From: Felis catus
Taxonomy: Eukaryota
Direction of reading: 5' to 3'
DNA length: 64,000 bases
Assembly: GCF_018350175.1 (NCBI RefSeq)
Contig: NC_058369.1
Location: 15,192,001-15,256,000, forward strand
A program made the translations under genes and the position numbers. Shown here piece after piece: positions 26,110 to 38,083 of this stretch (positions within the stretch are counted from its first letter, which is position 1; every line of letters starts with the position of its first letter). Under the pieces are notes generated by a model. It ran no database searches, had not been told where the DNA came from, and worked only from the letters and a program-made list of their open reading frames with translations.

Positions 26110-27670
26110 TGTCCCATCGGGACTCAACACTTACTTTTGCATTCGTGTGTTATTTGCGTAATGTTCCCCCAGTTAAAGATACAGTTTGGTGAGTCTGAGT
26201 GAGTGTATACGATCGTGTAATCACCGTCACGAGCCAGACCAGAACCACCCTTCACCCTAAGAAATCCCTGTGCCCCTGTGCACGCGCTCCCACCCCGCCA
26301 CCAGCATCGAGTCACTGCTGGGCTGCTCTCTGTCACAGTTTCGCCGTTGCTAGAATTTCACGTAAATACTCTCACCTACAGTCTTCTGTGTTCGACTTTG
26401 GTTTCCCTTTCGCATGGTGGAGGGTGTTTTTGGTTTGTTTTTTAAGTTTATTTACTTATGTTGAGGGAGAGAGAGAGAAAGCATGAGTGGAGGAGGGCCA
26501 GAGAGAGGGGGGGAGAGAGAGAGAATCCCGAGCAGGCTCCCCACACTGTCAATGCAGAGCCTGATGCGGGGCTTGAGCTCACAAACCGTGAAATTGTGCC
26601 CTGAGCTGAAGTCAGCCGCGTAACCAACTGAGCCACCCAGGTGCCCTCCCCCCGCATAGTGTTTTTGAGATCCACCTGTGTTGTTCCATGTGTTGCTATC
26701 TTGTTCCTTTTCATTGCTGACCAGCATTCCATCATACGCACCCTCTACAGTTCATTCCTCCAGTCACCAGCTGATGAACACTTGGCTGCTTCCCGTTTGG
26801 GGTGGTGATGAATAAAGCCGTTGTACGCGTTCAGGCACACATCTCTGTGCGGACATGTATTTTTTCTTTCCCAGGTAGATATCTAGGAGCGGGATGGCTG
26901 GGTCATAAGGTCAATTTATGTTTACCTTAAAAAGACGCAGCCATGGGGCGCCTGGGTGGCTCAGTGGGTTAAGCGTCCGACTTCGGCTCAGGTCACGATC
27001 TCGCGATCCGTGGGTTCGAGCCCCGCGTCGGGCTCTGTGCTGACAGCTCAGAGCCTGGAGCCTGTTTCGGATTCTAGGTCTCCCTCTTCCTCTGACCCTC
27101 CTCTGTTCATGCTCTCTCTCTCTCTGTCTCAAAAATAAATAAATGTTAAAAAAAAAAAAAAAAAGATGCAGCCATATAGTTTTCCAGAGCGGCCATGCTG
27201 GTCTGCGTTCCCGCCAGCAACGTGCAGGGGTTCGTTGCTCCACATCCTTGTCAGCACTTGGCGCTCTCAGTGTTTGTTGTTGTTTGCTTTACCCATTCTA
27301 ACAGCCATGTTGCCGTGTGTGGTTGTGGTTCTGCTTTGCGTTTTCCTGATGACTAATGACGAGTATCTTGTCATGTGCTTATTGGCCATTTGCTTATATA
27401 TCTTCACTGGTGAAAAGTCTGTCCAAATCTTTTGCCTATTCTTGTACTGGATTGTGTGCTTTTTTTTTTTTTTTTTTTATCATTGAGTTGTACAACGTTA
27501 TTTTTAATAGGTCAATTTTCTCTATGGCCCGGTCTGTGGAACGAAAGTCTGATTTCTGTCTCAGTGGCTGTATCTCATTCAGACAGATTGAATAATAGTG
27601 GAATTCAGAACCTGTCTCCATCCAAGTCATGCTGACCATCACAAAGTTCCTTTCATCCATTGTGCATTTT
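26110..27670 (-). mobile_element. Degraded L1M 3' region interrupted by SINEs 26441-26647 (-) and 26946-27164 (+)
   Basis: Reversed L1 3' motifs (gagatccacctgtgttg...tttcattgctga, ttgctccacatccttgtcagcacttgg, ttattggccattt). Confidence 0.8.
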
Positions 27671-27679
27671 ATTTTATTT

Positions 27680-28103
27680 TATTTTTTTAACGTCTATTTA
27701 TTTTTGAGAGAGAGGCAGAGGGAGACACAGAACTCGAAGCAGGCTCCAGGCTCTGAGCTGTCAGCACAGAGCCTGATGCGGGGCTCGAACCCAGGAACCA
27801 TGGGATCATTACCCGAGGCAAAGTCAAGGACTTAACTGACTGAGCCTCCCAGGCCCCCCTCCCCCCCCAATCCTTTGTGCCTTTTTAAAAAAATTTTTTA
27901 ATGTTTTTATTTTATTTTTGAGACACAGAGAGACAGAGCATGAACAGGGGAGGGTCAGAGAGAGGGAGACACAGAATCTGAAACAGGCTCCAGGCTCTGA
28001 GCTGTCAGCACGGAGCCCGATGCGGGGCTCGAACCCACGGACCGTGAGATCATGACCTGAGCTGAAGTCGGACGCTTAACCGACTGAGCCACCCAGGCGC
28101 CCC
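27680..28103 (-). mobile_element. Two Can-SINEs (27680-27859, 27893-28103)
   Basis: Two SINE bodies; TSD tcctttgtgccttt around the second. Confidence 0.93.
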
Positions 28104-28949
28104 TCCTTTGTGCCTTTTAAAACTAAAAACGTATTTGGAATCTGAACCCTAAACATGGTTGACGTGACTTTTACTTCTCTTTCTCAGGAATATAAACAGG
28201 CAACAGTACTCGTGTAAGTCAACACCCACACATAAGCTGACACTTGCCTTTTCTTTTTCTGTGTCAACTGAAGTTCGGTAATCACAAACAGGACTTGTAG
28301 AAATTGCTCTAGAGATATATTCCTTAGCTTCTTGATTCTCTGATGGGTCATTGCTCTGAGTCAGAAAACCCTTACATCAGGAAATTTACACTTTGGCTCA
28401 AATCCCTGGAGTTTCTGATTTTTCATAAGATGCCAAACATGCCAGGGACCCTTACACACAGTTCATCCCCGCTTCTGTGTTTCACCCGATTCCCTACCAC
28501 GACGGACACAGAATGAAACTAATAATTTAGATAATTTAATAATTTACCATCTGTAGACTGCTCGCTGTGTGCCTGGCCCTAGGGACTTTGAATCCATTGT
28601 CTGACTTAATCCTCACATAAACCCTGAGAAATGGTGACTGTCATTATCCCCACTTACAGATGTGGAAGCCAAGGGTTACAGCGGAGGGGTAATTAACCAG
28701 CCCAAGGCCTCCGCACCAGCAGGGGCACGGCCAGGTTCAAGCCTGTTCCATTCTGTTCCAGCCAGAGCCCCGTGGCGCGTGCACAGAGGCCCATGTTGGC
28801 CACTTAGGTGGGCCCCCTTCTACGCCCTTCACTCTATTTGGAGAAGTTGGAGGCTAACTCTGTTTCCTAGACTCCTGGGCTAGAGGTCTGAATGCAAACG
28901 AGGTTCTGCTAACGGGCTGCCCCCACGCACGCTTGGGGGGCTTTACAGG

Positions 28950-29378
28950 TCACGTGGTGCTCCTGCAAAAGACGCTGAAGGCCTAACCTCCAGCACCCGG
29001 CGAACGTGCCATTATTGGGGAATAGGGTCTTTGCAGATGTAATCGGGTGAAGATGACGTCACTAGGGTGGGCCCCGATCCAACGTGACAGGTGTCCTTGC
29101 CAGGAGAGGAAAATGCCGTGTGAAGACAAAGACACACGGGGAGACTCCGTGAGACAACAGAGGCAGAGATTGGAGCCATGCAGCTGGGAGCCAAGAAACA
29201 CCAAGGGTCCGCAGCCACCACGGGGAGCTAGGGAGAGGCGGAGAGCCTCAGAGGGAGCAGGGCCCCACCAACATCCTGATTTCAGACTTGAAGCCTCCAT
29301 CACTGGGGGAGAATGAACGTCTGTTTTTAGGCCACTAGCTTGAGGCGCTTTGTTAGGGGAGCACAGGCAAACTGACAC
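28950..29378 (+). mobile_element. MaLR solo LTR (MLT1B/C-like)
   Basis: aatagggtctttgcagatgtaat...gaggcagagattggagccatgcagc...aaactgacaca. Confidence 0.85.
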
Positions 29379-30669
29379 AGCGAGGTGGACACAGGGCAGA
29401 GGCCGCTGGCGGCTGACCCCGCGCTCACGGTGGCGGCATCTTCGTGGCTGCGGGCAGTCCCAGCAGTGTCCTGACTCCGGGTCTCAGCCGGGAGGCTGGA
29501 CTTGAAGCCTATGGTTCAGGGGCGGCCCCGGGTCCCCACTTCCCCAGCCCTTCTTCGCTTTGTAGGCGCTCAGTTTCCGGTCTGACATCCTCTTCTGCCC
29601 TATTTCCTGTAACTGCCTTAAAAGAGGGGAAGGTTCTCATGAGGCGATCAGGGCAGGCTCCGCTAGACTGATGGAGGGGCGCAGGGCTTCCAACCCGCCT
29701 TGGCCTCCTGCTTTTCTCCCCCTGACCTCCAGATCGGGCGTTTTCTGGTCCTCCATCAGCCCGCATCTCTTTTGCAGAGCCCACATCCTACGGGTCACCC
29801 CCGCAACCTGGGCCGGATTGTGACAACTCGCTGACTCTGAGAACTACATTTCCCTGCCCCCCCCTTCCCCGTAGGGTTCTGAGTTTGATTGGGGCCAGAA
29901 CTGAGGCTCTGCCAGACCCGAAGGCAGACGTGAAAGCCACGGCTCAGAAGGAAGGTTGTCTATTAGAGGCGCGGAGCGGGGGCAGGGCCGCGGACGCTCG
30001 AGCGTGTCCACACCTTCCTTGCTCGAAATTCTCCCTCCTCCACCGGGGATCACTGCCAGATGCTTCACCGTGACCCCGCAGAGCGGTGAGCCACCGCACC
30101 CTGGTTAGCACTTAGGATGGCCCATCCCTTCTCTGAACGTGCCGTTTCCCTGTTTCCCTCGTCCCAGGACCAGGGGTGTCGTGTTTCAGGGCTCTCTGTT
30201 CCTGTCCTCTGGGGATTATGGTGCGAGCGATCGGGGAGATTTAGTTCCAAGTCTTCCTCTCTCTCCTGTTTGCTTCCCTGATTGACGTAACTTTGACGCT
30301 CATTCTATCTGGAGGTCGGGTGCTGGGTCAGGACGAGCAGGGACTTAAGGATCGTCGCTGGCAGTGGGATCCACTGGGGACTGTTAGGGGCTAACTGATG
30401 CCTGCTGTACATTTCAAAACGCCAAACACCAAGGCGGATTGGAGGCTTGAGAAAACCCCCACCGAGAAATATCAAGCCTCTCATTCTGTCTTGATAGCTT
30501 CCCTTTTTCTTAGGGGATGAGGGTTGTGACGGTGATGGACTGTGGGCAGGGAGCCCACAGCTACTCAAGAAGCCGGGAACAGCCAGGGCAGATGACCCAG
30601 CGGCTGGGAATGGAAATGTTTTCTTGGTCATTTTTCCATCCGCTTATTTGGGCTTTAGAATGTGTACAT

Positions 30670-30882
30670 CTTTTTTTTTTTTTTTTAAGTTTTTAAATTT
30701 ATTTCGAGAGAGAGTGTGTGTGTTTGGGGGAGGGGGAGGGAGAGAGGGGGAGAGAGAGAGAATCCCAAGCAGACTTGTCACTGTCAGCACGGAACCCGAC
30801 TCGGGGCTCCAGCTCGTGGACCGTGAGATCATGACCTGACCCAAAGTCGGACGCTCAACCGACGGAGCCACCCAGGCGCCCC
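30670..30882 (-). mobile_element. Can-SINE
   Basis: SINE body ending caggcgcccc. Confidence 0.92.
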
Positions 30883-31652
30883 GCGAATTTGCACACTTTG
30901 GAGTGAAGTGCGTGGCAACGCTCCGGAACCAGTCACAACTCTTTGATGGGTACAAACTGCTTTTGCTTACCAAAAGGACGCAGAACCTGGCTGGAAGAAC
31001 CACTTGTCACACTTGAATGATCTGGCCCTAAGGACATTCCTGGACCCTAGGGATCCTTGTCACGTACCCCAGGTGACACTGCCTTTGCCCACAGACTGGA
31101 GAGTCCTAGGGAAACCCTCTCAGGAGCCATCCCAACCCTTCCGTCTCCACCTGAGGTCTCTGGGCCACACAGACCTTCCCTCACCTTTGGCTTCCGTGGC
31201 GCGGGGACGCAATCACATCTCTACAAGCCCCGGGAAGACTCAGGCTTGCTTCGCACACGCTGCTCTTGACTGCTGGCATTATCCTTGCAGACGGAGGCTG
31301 TAATTATACCAATCACTTTGCCGGATAGACCTGGAGTATCCCCGGTGATTAATGGAAGAGATTCACTCAAAACACAAGATGTTTCATTTTCTAGTTGGGT
31401 GTACAAGCACAATGCTGGGGAAATGTAGCCTGAGCGACACCAGATGAAATGTCTCCCCAGGTTCCTTTGAGTCCCGGGCAATTGGAAACAGCAGGGGTGT
31501 CTCCTTGTTTCTTTGGAATCCAAAATCATATGCGGGGGGTGGGGGGGTGGGGGGAGGTGTTAGAGGTCCCAGGTGATTTTAAAGCAAGTTTTTAGAATAT
31601 CTAATTTCAAAAGCAATTCTCTGTAAGGTCACTATAAAAAAAAAGTTGGAAA

Positions 31653-32090
31653 AGGGGCGCCTGGGTGGCTCAGTCGGTTAAGCACCCACCTTTGGCTCAG
31701 GTCATGATCTCAGGGTTTGTGAGCATTGGGCTCTGTGCTGACAGTACGGGGCCTGCTTGGGATTCTCTCTCTCTCCCTCTCTCTCTGTTCTTCCCCCACT
31801 TGTGCTCGTGCTCTCTCTCTCTCTCTCTCTCTCTCTCAAAATAAATAAATAGGGGCACCTGGGTGGCTCAGTCGGTTAAGCGTCCGACTTCAGCTCAGGT
31901 CACGATCTCGCGGTTCGTGAGTTCGAGCCCCGCGTCGGGCTCTGTGCTGACAGCTCGGAGCCTGGAGCCCACCTCGGATTCTGTGTCTCCTTCTCTCTGA
32001 CCCTCCCCCACTCGTGCTCTGTCTCCCTCTCTTGCAAGAATTAGAGTAAATACACATTTAAAAGTAAGTAAATAAACTTTTAAAAAGTTG
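31653..32090 (+). mobile_element. Two tandem Can-SINEs (31653-31851, 31852-~32060)
   Basis: The second head begins directly in the first tail; outer TSD-like aaaaagttg. Confidence 0.93.
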
Positions 32091-32455
32091 AACATTATAG
32101 GAAAAAAATGTGAAAGAAACCAAAAGGCATCCATAATCCCACCAGCCACAGGGAACCCTTCATGGCATTTTAAAACATCTACTTCCATCCTTTTTCAGGG
32201 CATTCATATGATAATAGCTCTTATGCAATATTCTTTTTTTTTTTTTTTAACTTTTTTTCTGCAGCATACCCAGATTATTAACTATCCCCAGTCAACACAT
32301 ATGGAGCACCAGCTCTGTACCGGGATGGTTTGGTCACTCTATTGGTATTATCTCATTTAATTCTCTCAAGTACCAGAAGGAAAGATAGTTTGATCTCTCC
32401 CATGTTACAGATGAGGAAATCGAGGCACAGAAGCGTTAAAACACTCGCCACCCCA

Positions 32456-32630
32456 GGGCGCGCCTGGGTGGCTCAGTTGCTTAAACGTCTGACTTAGACT
32501 CAGGTCATGGTCTCATGGTCTCACGGTTGGTGGGTTCGAGCCCCGCGTCGGGCTCTGTGCTGACAGCTCGGAGCCTGGAGCCTGCTTCGGATTCTGTGTC
32601 TCCCTCTTTCTCTGCCCCTCCCCCACTCAT

Positions 32631-32667
<37 letters not shown>

Positions 32668-32685
32668 AATAAATAAATAAAAAAA
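32456..32685 (+). mobile_element. Can-SINE within a MIR
   Basis: SINE body; TSD-like aacact(c/t)gc. Confidence 0.92.
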
Positions 32686-34084
32686 CAAGAACACCAACAA
32701 CACTTGCTCCGGGCCACGCAGCCGAGGCAGGATGCAAACCCGCTAGCCTGGCCCCGCGCACCTGCTTGGCTGCTCCCACCCTGAGCCCTGGCCTCCCGCG
32801 CGAGCGCCCCCCACCAGCGAGCTGTCCACCTGCGGGAAGTGCCTGGCACGAGGCGTGCTGTGCAAACCCTTCCTGAGCACCTGTTACGTGTAAGGTGCTG
32901 TGGCTACGGCGTTGACAAACACAGGGTCCTGTCCTCAAGGACCAAAAGCGTGGCAGGGCCGGAGGGGACTCGGGGAAGGGCCCCCGGGGGGCCTCCGGCA
33001 GGCCACAGTGAGGGCGAGGACCCGCGGTTGGGGTGGCGCGGGTCCGCAGACCAGCTTGATCACCTGTAAGGGGGACGGGGCTTGCTCTGTGGATCCTGGT
33101 GAGGCCGACCCGGCCAGGGCAGTGCTCCCAGTCGGGTGGTGGGAGAGCCCTGGCCGCGGGAGGCGCCTTTGTTGCCACGGTGCTGATAGCAGGAGGGGAC
33201 CTGTGAGAGAGTAGCCTCGGTGCAGGTGCCTTCTGCCGCTCAGCAGGGAGACGTTCTCGGTGGAAGGATAAGCCCAGGCAGGAAGCGGAGCCAGGACCAG
33301 CCCCAGGGGGCCGGGAGGACATCCCCGCCCACGGCCAGCTCTCACACTGCTGGGCTCTGGGAAGGCTGCGTTCGTCGCGGCGGGGAGGCTCAGGTCCGCC
33401 AATGCCACGCTGCCGGCCTTGGCCACTCATCCTCGGAGCCTACAACCGAGGGACACCGGGGGCAGGCTGGGCTGCCACTCCTGCGTCCCTCCCTCCCTCG
33501 TCTGTCCTCCGGTGCCGAGGACAGGAAAGCGGAGGTGTGGAAACACTTTGAACAGCCCGAAGCAGCCAGCCGTGAGGTCTAGAAGGGGTGCTTTCGCTTG
33601 CCAAAAAAGTAGGTTATCGTCATTAAAGCACATCTCTTGAAAATGGAGCCTGTCCCCTCTGGATTGGTGACTGGGCTGTGCCCCTCTGCTGTTAGAGACG
33701 GTGTCAGCGTCTGGGAAGCATGCCCTGGCGACCTTCCCCCCCCCCCCCCATAATAGCCACGACCACGGCCCCAGGCATTTCTTCCCGGAGGTGCTGGGCC
33801 CAGAGTTCCTGATGGGCTCTTTCAGCAAATGCACAGCATCAGGCAGGTTCGAGGATTTCCCTCTTGCTGAACAGATAAGGACATGACCTTTGGAGAGGCC
33901 AAGGCCATGCCCAGACGCAGCCACTGAGAGGCAGAGTCCAATTTTAAGCCCAGAGTCACGTAATCACACATGGCCCGCTCAGCCACGTGGTGACTGCGTC
34001 CCTTTGTGACACTTGGAGTTCCCATCGGCCTGGGAGCCATACATTTAAGTCCTCTAGGCTCATTGAGAGTAATTTAAAAAAATC

Positions 34085-34284
34085 TTTTAAATGTTTATTT
34101 AATTTTGAGAGAGAGACAGAGACAGAGCATGAGCAGGGGAGGGGCAGAGAGGAAGACAGAATCCAAAAGGCTCTGAGCTGTCAGCACAGAGCTCCAGGTG
34201 GGGCTCGAACCCATGAGCTGTGGGATCATGACCTGAGCCAAAGTCAAAGGCTCAACCTCAACCAACTGAGCCATCCAGGAGCCC
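34085..34284 (-). mobile_element. Can-SINE
   Basis: SINE body; TSD-like tagg(c/g)tcatt. Confidence 0.9.
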
Positions 34285-34319
34285 GTAGGGTCATTTGGTT
34301 CAAGCAAAGCCTTCCTTGG

Positions 34320-34320
<1 letters not shown>

Positions 34321-34350
<30 letters not shown>
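34321..34350 (+). repeat. Poly-G tract (30 nt)
   Basis: 30 consecutive G. Confidence 0.95.
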
Positions 34351-34351
<1 letters not shown>

Positions 34352-35029
34352 GGGGGAGCAGCCACCAGAGAGGCTCGTGGGCTGTTCTGTCTTTTATCAC
34401 CACCTACTCCAGGTGCCTGGGTTCTGTCCCTGCTCCATCCCCAACGGGCGCTCCAAGGACAGCTCCAGGAGTGGGGGGGAGGGTTGGGCGGCACCTGCCA
34501 GCACCCAGCGCTGCACCCTGAGCCTGAGGGAGGCGGGGAGGCTCAGGACACTGAGGCTGGAGGCAGAACTCCTGAGCCAGATGTCCCGCTCCCGCTTCTC
34601 CAGCCGGCTTCCCCCCTCCCCCCGCCACCTGCTATTCTGATGGACATCATCTACACCCCACCCAGTCCTGCCTCTTGCTTTTGCTCCTGACACCCTTCTT
34701 TCCGGGGACACACTACCCCCAGGTGCAAGGCCCAGCCCGCCTTCCTCCCTCCCGCACAAAACACCCCACTAGCCAGTGCTCCCTCCTCTCCACTCCTGGC
34801 CCACGTGTCTCACCGGTGAACGTCGGGGGGGGACCCTCCAGAGAGTACCCCTCCTGCTCTGCTGCCCACCCCTCTCCTGTTCCCGCTTGCCCTTTCGTGG
34901 TCACCTTTTCTTTTTGGTAAGGGACGGTTGCATCAAAGCTATCATATTGTCACAGGAGGCAGGAAACGATAAAGATGTAACATTTGTGGAAGGACGCTTG
35001 TAGAATAATATTAGCATTAGGCCTATTTC

Positions 35030-35032
<3 letters not shown>

Positions 35033-35063
<31 letters not shown>

Positions 35064-35537
35064 TATAAGACTATGCATAGCTTTTAAATTTTTTTTTTAA
35101 AAATTTTTTTTTTCAACGTTTATTTATTTTTTGGGACAGAGAGAGACAGAGCATGAACGGGGGAGGGGCAGAGAGAGAGGGAGACACAGAATCGGAGACA
35201 GGCTCCAGGCTCTGAGCCATCAGCCCAGAGCCTGACACGGGGCTTGGAACTCACGGACCGCGAGATCGTGACCTGGCTGAAGTCGGACGCTTAACCGACT
35301 GCGCCACCCAGGCGCCCCTTTTAAATTTTTTTTAATGTTTATTTTTGAGAGACAGAGAGAGACAGAGCATGAGCGGGGGAGGAGCGGGGAGAGAGAGGGA
35401 GACAAAGAATCCGAAGCAGGCTCCAGGCTCTGAGCTCTCAGCACAGAACCCAACATGGGGCTCGAACCCATAAGCCGTGAGAGCATGACCTGAGCCGAAG
35501 TCGGACGCCCACCTGACGGAGCCACCCAGGTGCCCCG
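35033..35537 (-). mobile_element. Poly-T run plus young SINEC_Fc (35104-35318) nested in the tail of an older Can-SINE (35325-35537)
   Basis: Outer TSD gactatgcatag; inner TSD ttttaaattttttt. Confidence 0.94.
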
Positions 35538-35719
35538 ACTATGCATAGTTTTAAATGCCCATTGAATGCCCGCATTGGCCGGTGGTCCTCACCACCACTG
35601 TCCCCACTTTCATTAAGAGCTCCGGCTCCTGCCACAGGGGTTTGTTCAGAGGACACACTGCCTTGTAGGGATCCGAACACAGGAACCCACCCCAGGCCCC
35701 CAAGAGTGGAGGTGCAGTG

Positions 35720-36228
35720 GTCGTGAGGGAAGGCCTCGCTGCAAAGGTGACCTTGGAGCAGCGGGCTGAAGGGGTGGATGGAACCAGTGGTGGGGCTCCA
35801 GGTAGAGGCATCAGCGAGAGCAAAGGCCCTGAGGGGGCCTGCCTGGCGCAGCAGAGGTGCTAGAGGGCAGCATGAGTGGCCCGTGCGAGTGGATGGGGGG
35901 AGAGTCAGAGCCGAGGTCAGGGGCGGCACTGATCACTGAGGCCTCGTGGAAGGCTTTAAAGGGCTCTGGGTTTTGCCCGGGTGGGCTGGAGAGCCTTCGG
36001 AGGGTATTGACCTGTTTTGGACTCACGATTGGAAGCATTTCTCTGGCTGCTGGGTAGAGAACAGACTTGGGGGACAGGACAAAAGCGGATGCAGGGAAAC
36101 CAGTGTGGAGGAGGTGGGTGGGTCTAGTGGCCGGATTCTAGGTACCTTCTGAAGGACAGGCTGGTGGGATTTCCTGACGTCTTGGATGTGGGATACCAGT
36201 GGGAGAAGAAGAGATCAATGATGCCACA
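35720..36228 (-). mobile_element. L2 fragment
   Basis: gggaaggcctc...aggtgaccttggagcag...caaaggccctgagg...ctctggctgctgggtagaga...gatcaatgatgcc. Confidence 0.75.
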
Positions 36229-36912
36229 GCTGATTCTATAGAGAAACAATTTCCAAAGTGCTCTTGTGCATAGTATTCGAGTCTCCGCTGGCCCCTGGGA
36301 GGTGGGCAGGACTTCTCTTTATAGATGGGGCCTCTTGAGGTCCGGAAGGAGAAGAAGCTGTCACTGATCACAGGACCGTTTCTCAGGCCCACGTCACTGC
36401 TGCTCATGAGGCATTTTATCTCATTTTTTGTTTTATGTTATGAGAAAGCCCCAGAAGGGGAGCTGTGAAGGGCAGGAGGGGGGCAGCTGGGCTGAGGTCT
36501 GAGGGGGTTGCTGCACCAAGGCCAGCGTGACAGGAGTGAGGGCACCGGAGGCAGGGCAGGGGGGCTGTGGTCAGAGTCTGTCCCTGCGGCCCCCACCCTG
36601 CACTGTGAATGTCCTTCACCATCAACAGAACGACCATGTAATTCAGCCAGATGATGCCAGGCTGCATCATCTACCCTGTCAGCTCCCCTCTGGCGCTGGA
36701 CCGCAGACTAGACTATTCATTCTCCCGCTCCGGCACTTTCTCGTGGTGGGCACGGCATGATTTGTCCTTGACACCAGAAGCCCCACTGGCCTCAGAACAA
36801 CTGGGAACCCAGATCCTTTGAGGTAATCTCGGGAGGAAATGGTAGAAATGCGATACCTGATCAAGTGCTCACTCCTCTGAGCAGCTGTGAGCTCTAAAGA
36901 GGCATAAAATAC

Positions 36913-37065
36913 CTTGTCACCCAGTTCATCAGGCAGGGTCCTGGCTGGAACAGAATCCAGCCCTTGTGGTGCCAGAGACTTCAGTGATGGGGCTATTATG
37001 GAGTTCGCGCAGGTGAAGAAAACATGGAGAACAGCCACAAAGGGGGGCTGTTGCTCCCTCTGGAC
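36913..37065 (-). other. Candidate 153-nt exon of an unannotated minus-strand transcript
   Basis: Acceptor cttccttctcaccccttCAG|G, donor AAG|GTATTT; the phase-0 frame is open (VQREQQPP...DELGDK). Confidence 0.35.
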
Positions 37066-37855
37066 CTGAAGGGGTGAGAAGGAAGCTGTGGTCATGGGGC
37101 CATGGGCTTGGCCAAGGCAAAAGCAGGGGCCATCAGAGAAGACCTTCTCTGCCTCTCCTCCCCCCAATGGACATCTCTACCAGTGCCTTGCATTGGCCAA
37201 CCCAACCAGAATTTGGAAGGTGAGGGAAACTCTGGTGACATAGTCCTCAGGACCTGCCTCGTGGTGCACAGGGCAGGGCAGAGAACAGACGAGGGGAGAG
37301 GCAAAGAGAATAACCAACACACCCAGAGATGCCTTAACCCTGGGGGAGATGTGCGCTTAAACACCACGTCGATTGTTCATTACTGCTCTCCATAGACCGG
37401 GGCTTAAGTTGCAACTGGAGAAAATCAAGTTCTTGGGAAAGAACATCCCGGTAGGAATAGTGATGAGGTACTAAAAACCAGAGACTGAAATCCTGGCTCT
37501 TGAGGGTGTTCCAAAACAGACTGAAACAATCACTGACTTCAGATGTCAGAGATCTTCCAGAAGGCAGAGGGATAGACACAAGACCCTGGAAGTCATTCCT
37601 AGCTCTAGTATTAATCTATTTTCCAAAATGGCGTAGGTAACTTTGATATAATGGAAACAGAAGTCATTTGCAGGCTAACTATATACTAGCATCTAAACTC
37701 AGACTACTATTATGTAACCCTTTTCAGGGCAGACACATCATGGTAATTGGAATGGTGTAGATGGTTCTTAAAGTCCTCATAAATTCTAAATAATTAGAAT
37801 ACTTTGGAACCGAAAGGAATTCGTTGTAAACGATGACTAAACACGTTGCCTTCTT

Positions 37856-38083
37856 TTTTTTTTTTTTTTAATTTTTTTTTCAACATTTATTTATTTTGGG
37901 GACAGAGAGAGACAGAGCATGAACGGGGGAGGGGCAGAGAGAGAGGTTGACACAGAATCGGAAACAGGCTCCAGGCTCCGAGCCATCAGCCCAGAGCCTG
38001 ACGCGGGGCTCGAACTCCCGGACCGCGAGATCGTGACCTGGCTGAAGTCGGACGCTTAACCGACTGCGCCACCCAGGCGCCCC
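37856..38083 (-). mobile_element. Young SINEC_Fc
   Basis: Perfect 14-nt TSD cacgttgccttctt (37842-37855, 38085-38098). Confidence 0.97.

Noticed and set aside
37455..37550. C/D-box snoRNA-like pattern on the + strand (GTGATGA...CTGA...CTGA, weak terminal stem)
   Set aside because: It is antisense to the putative host, I recognise no rRNA or snRNA complementarity, and such short boxes arise by chance.
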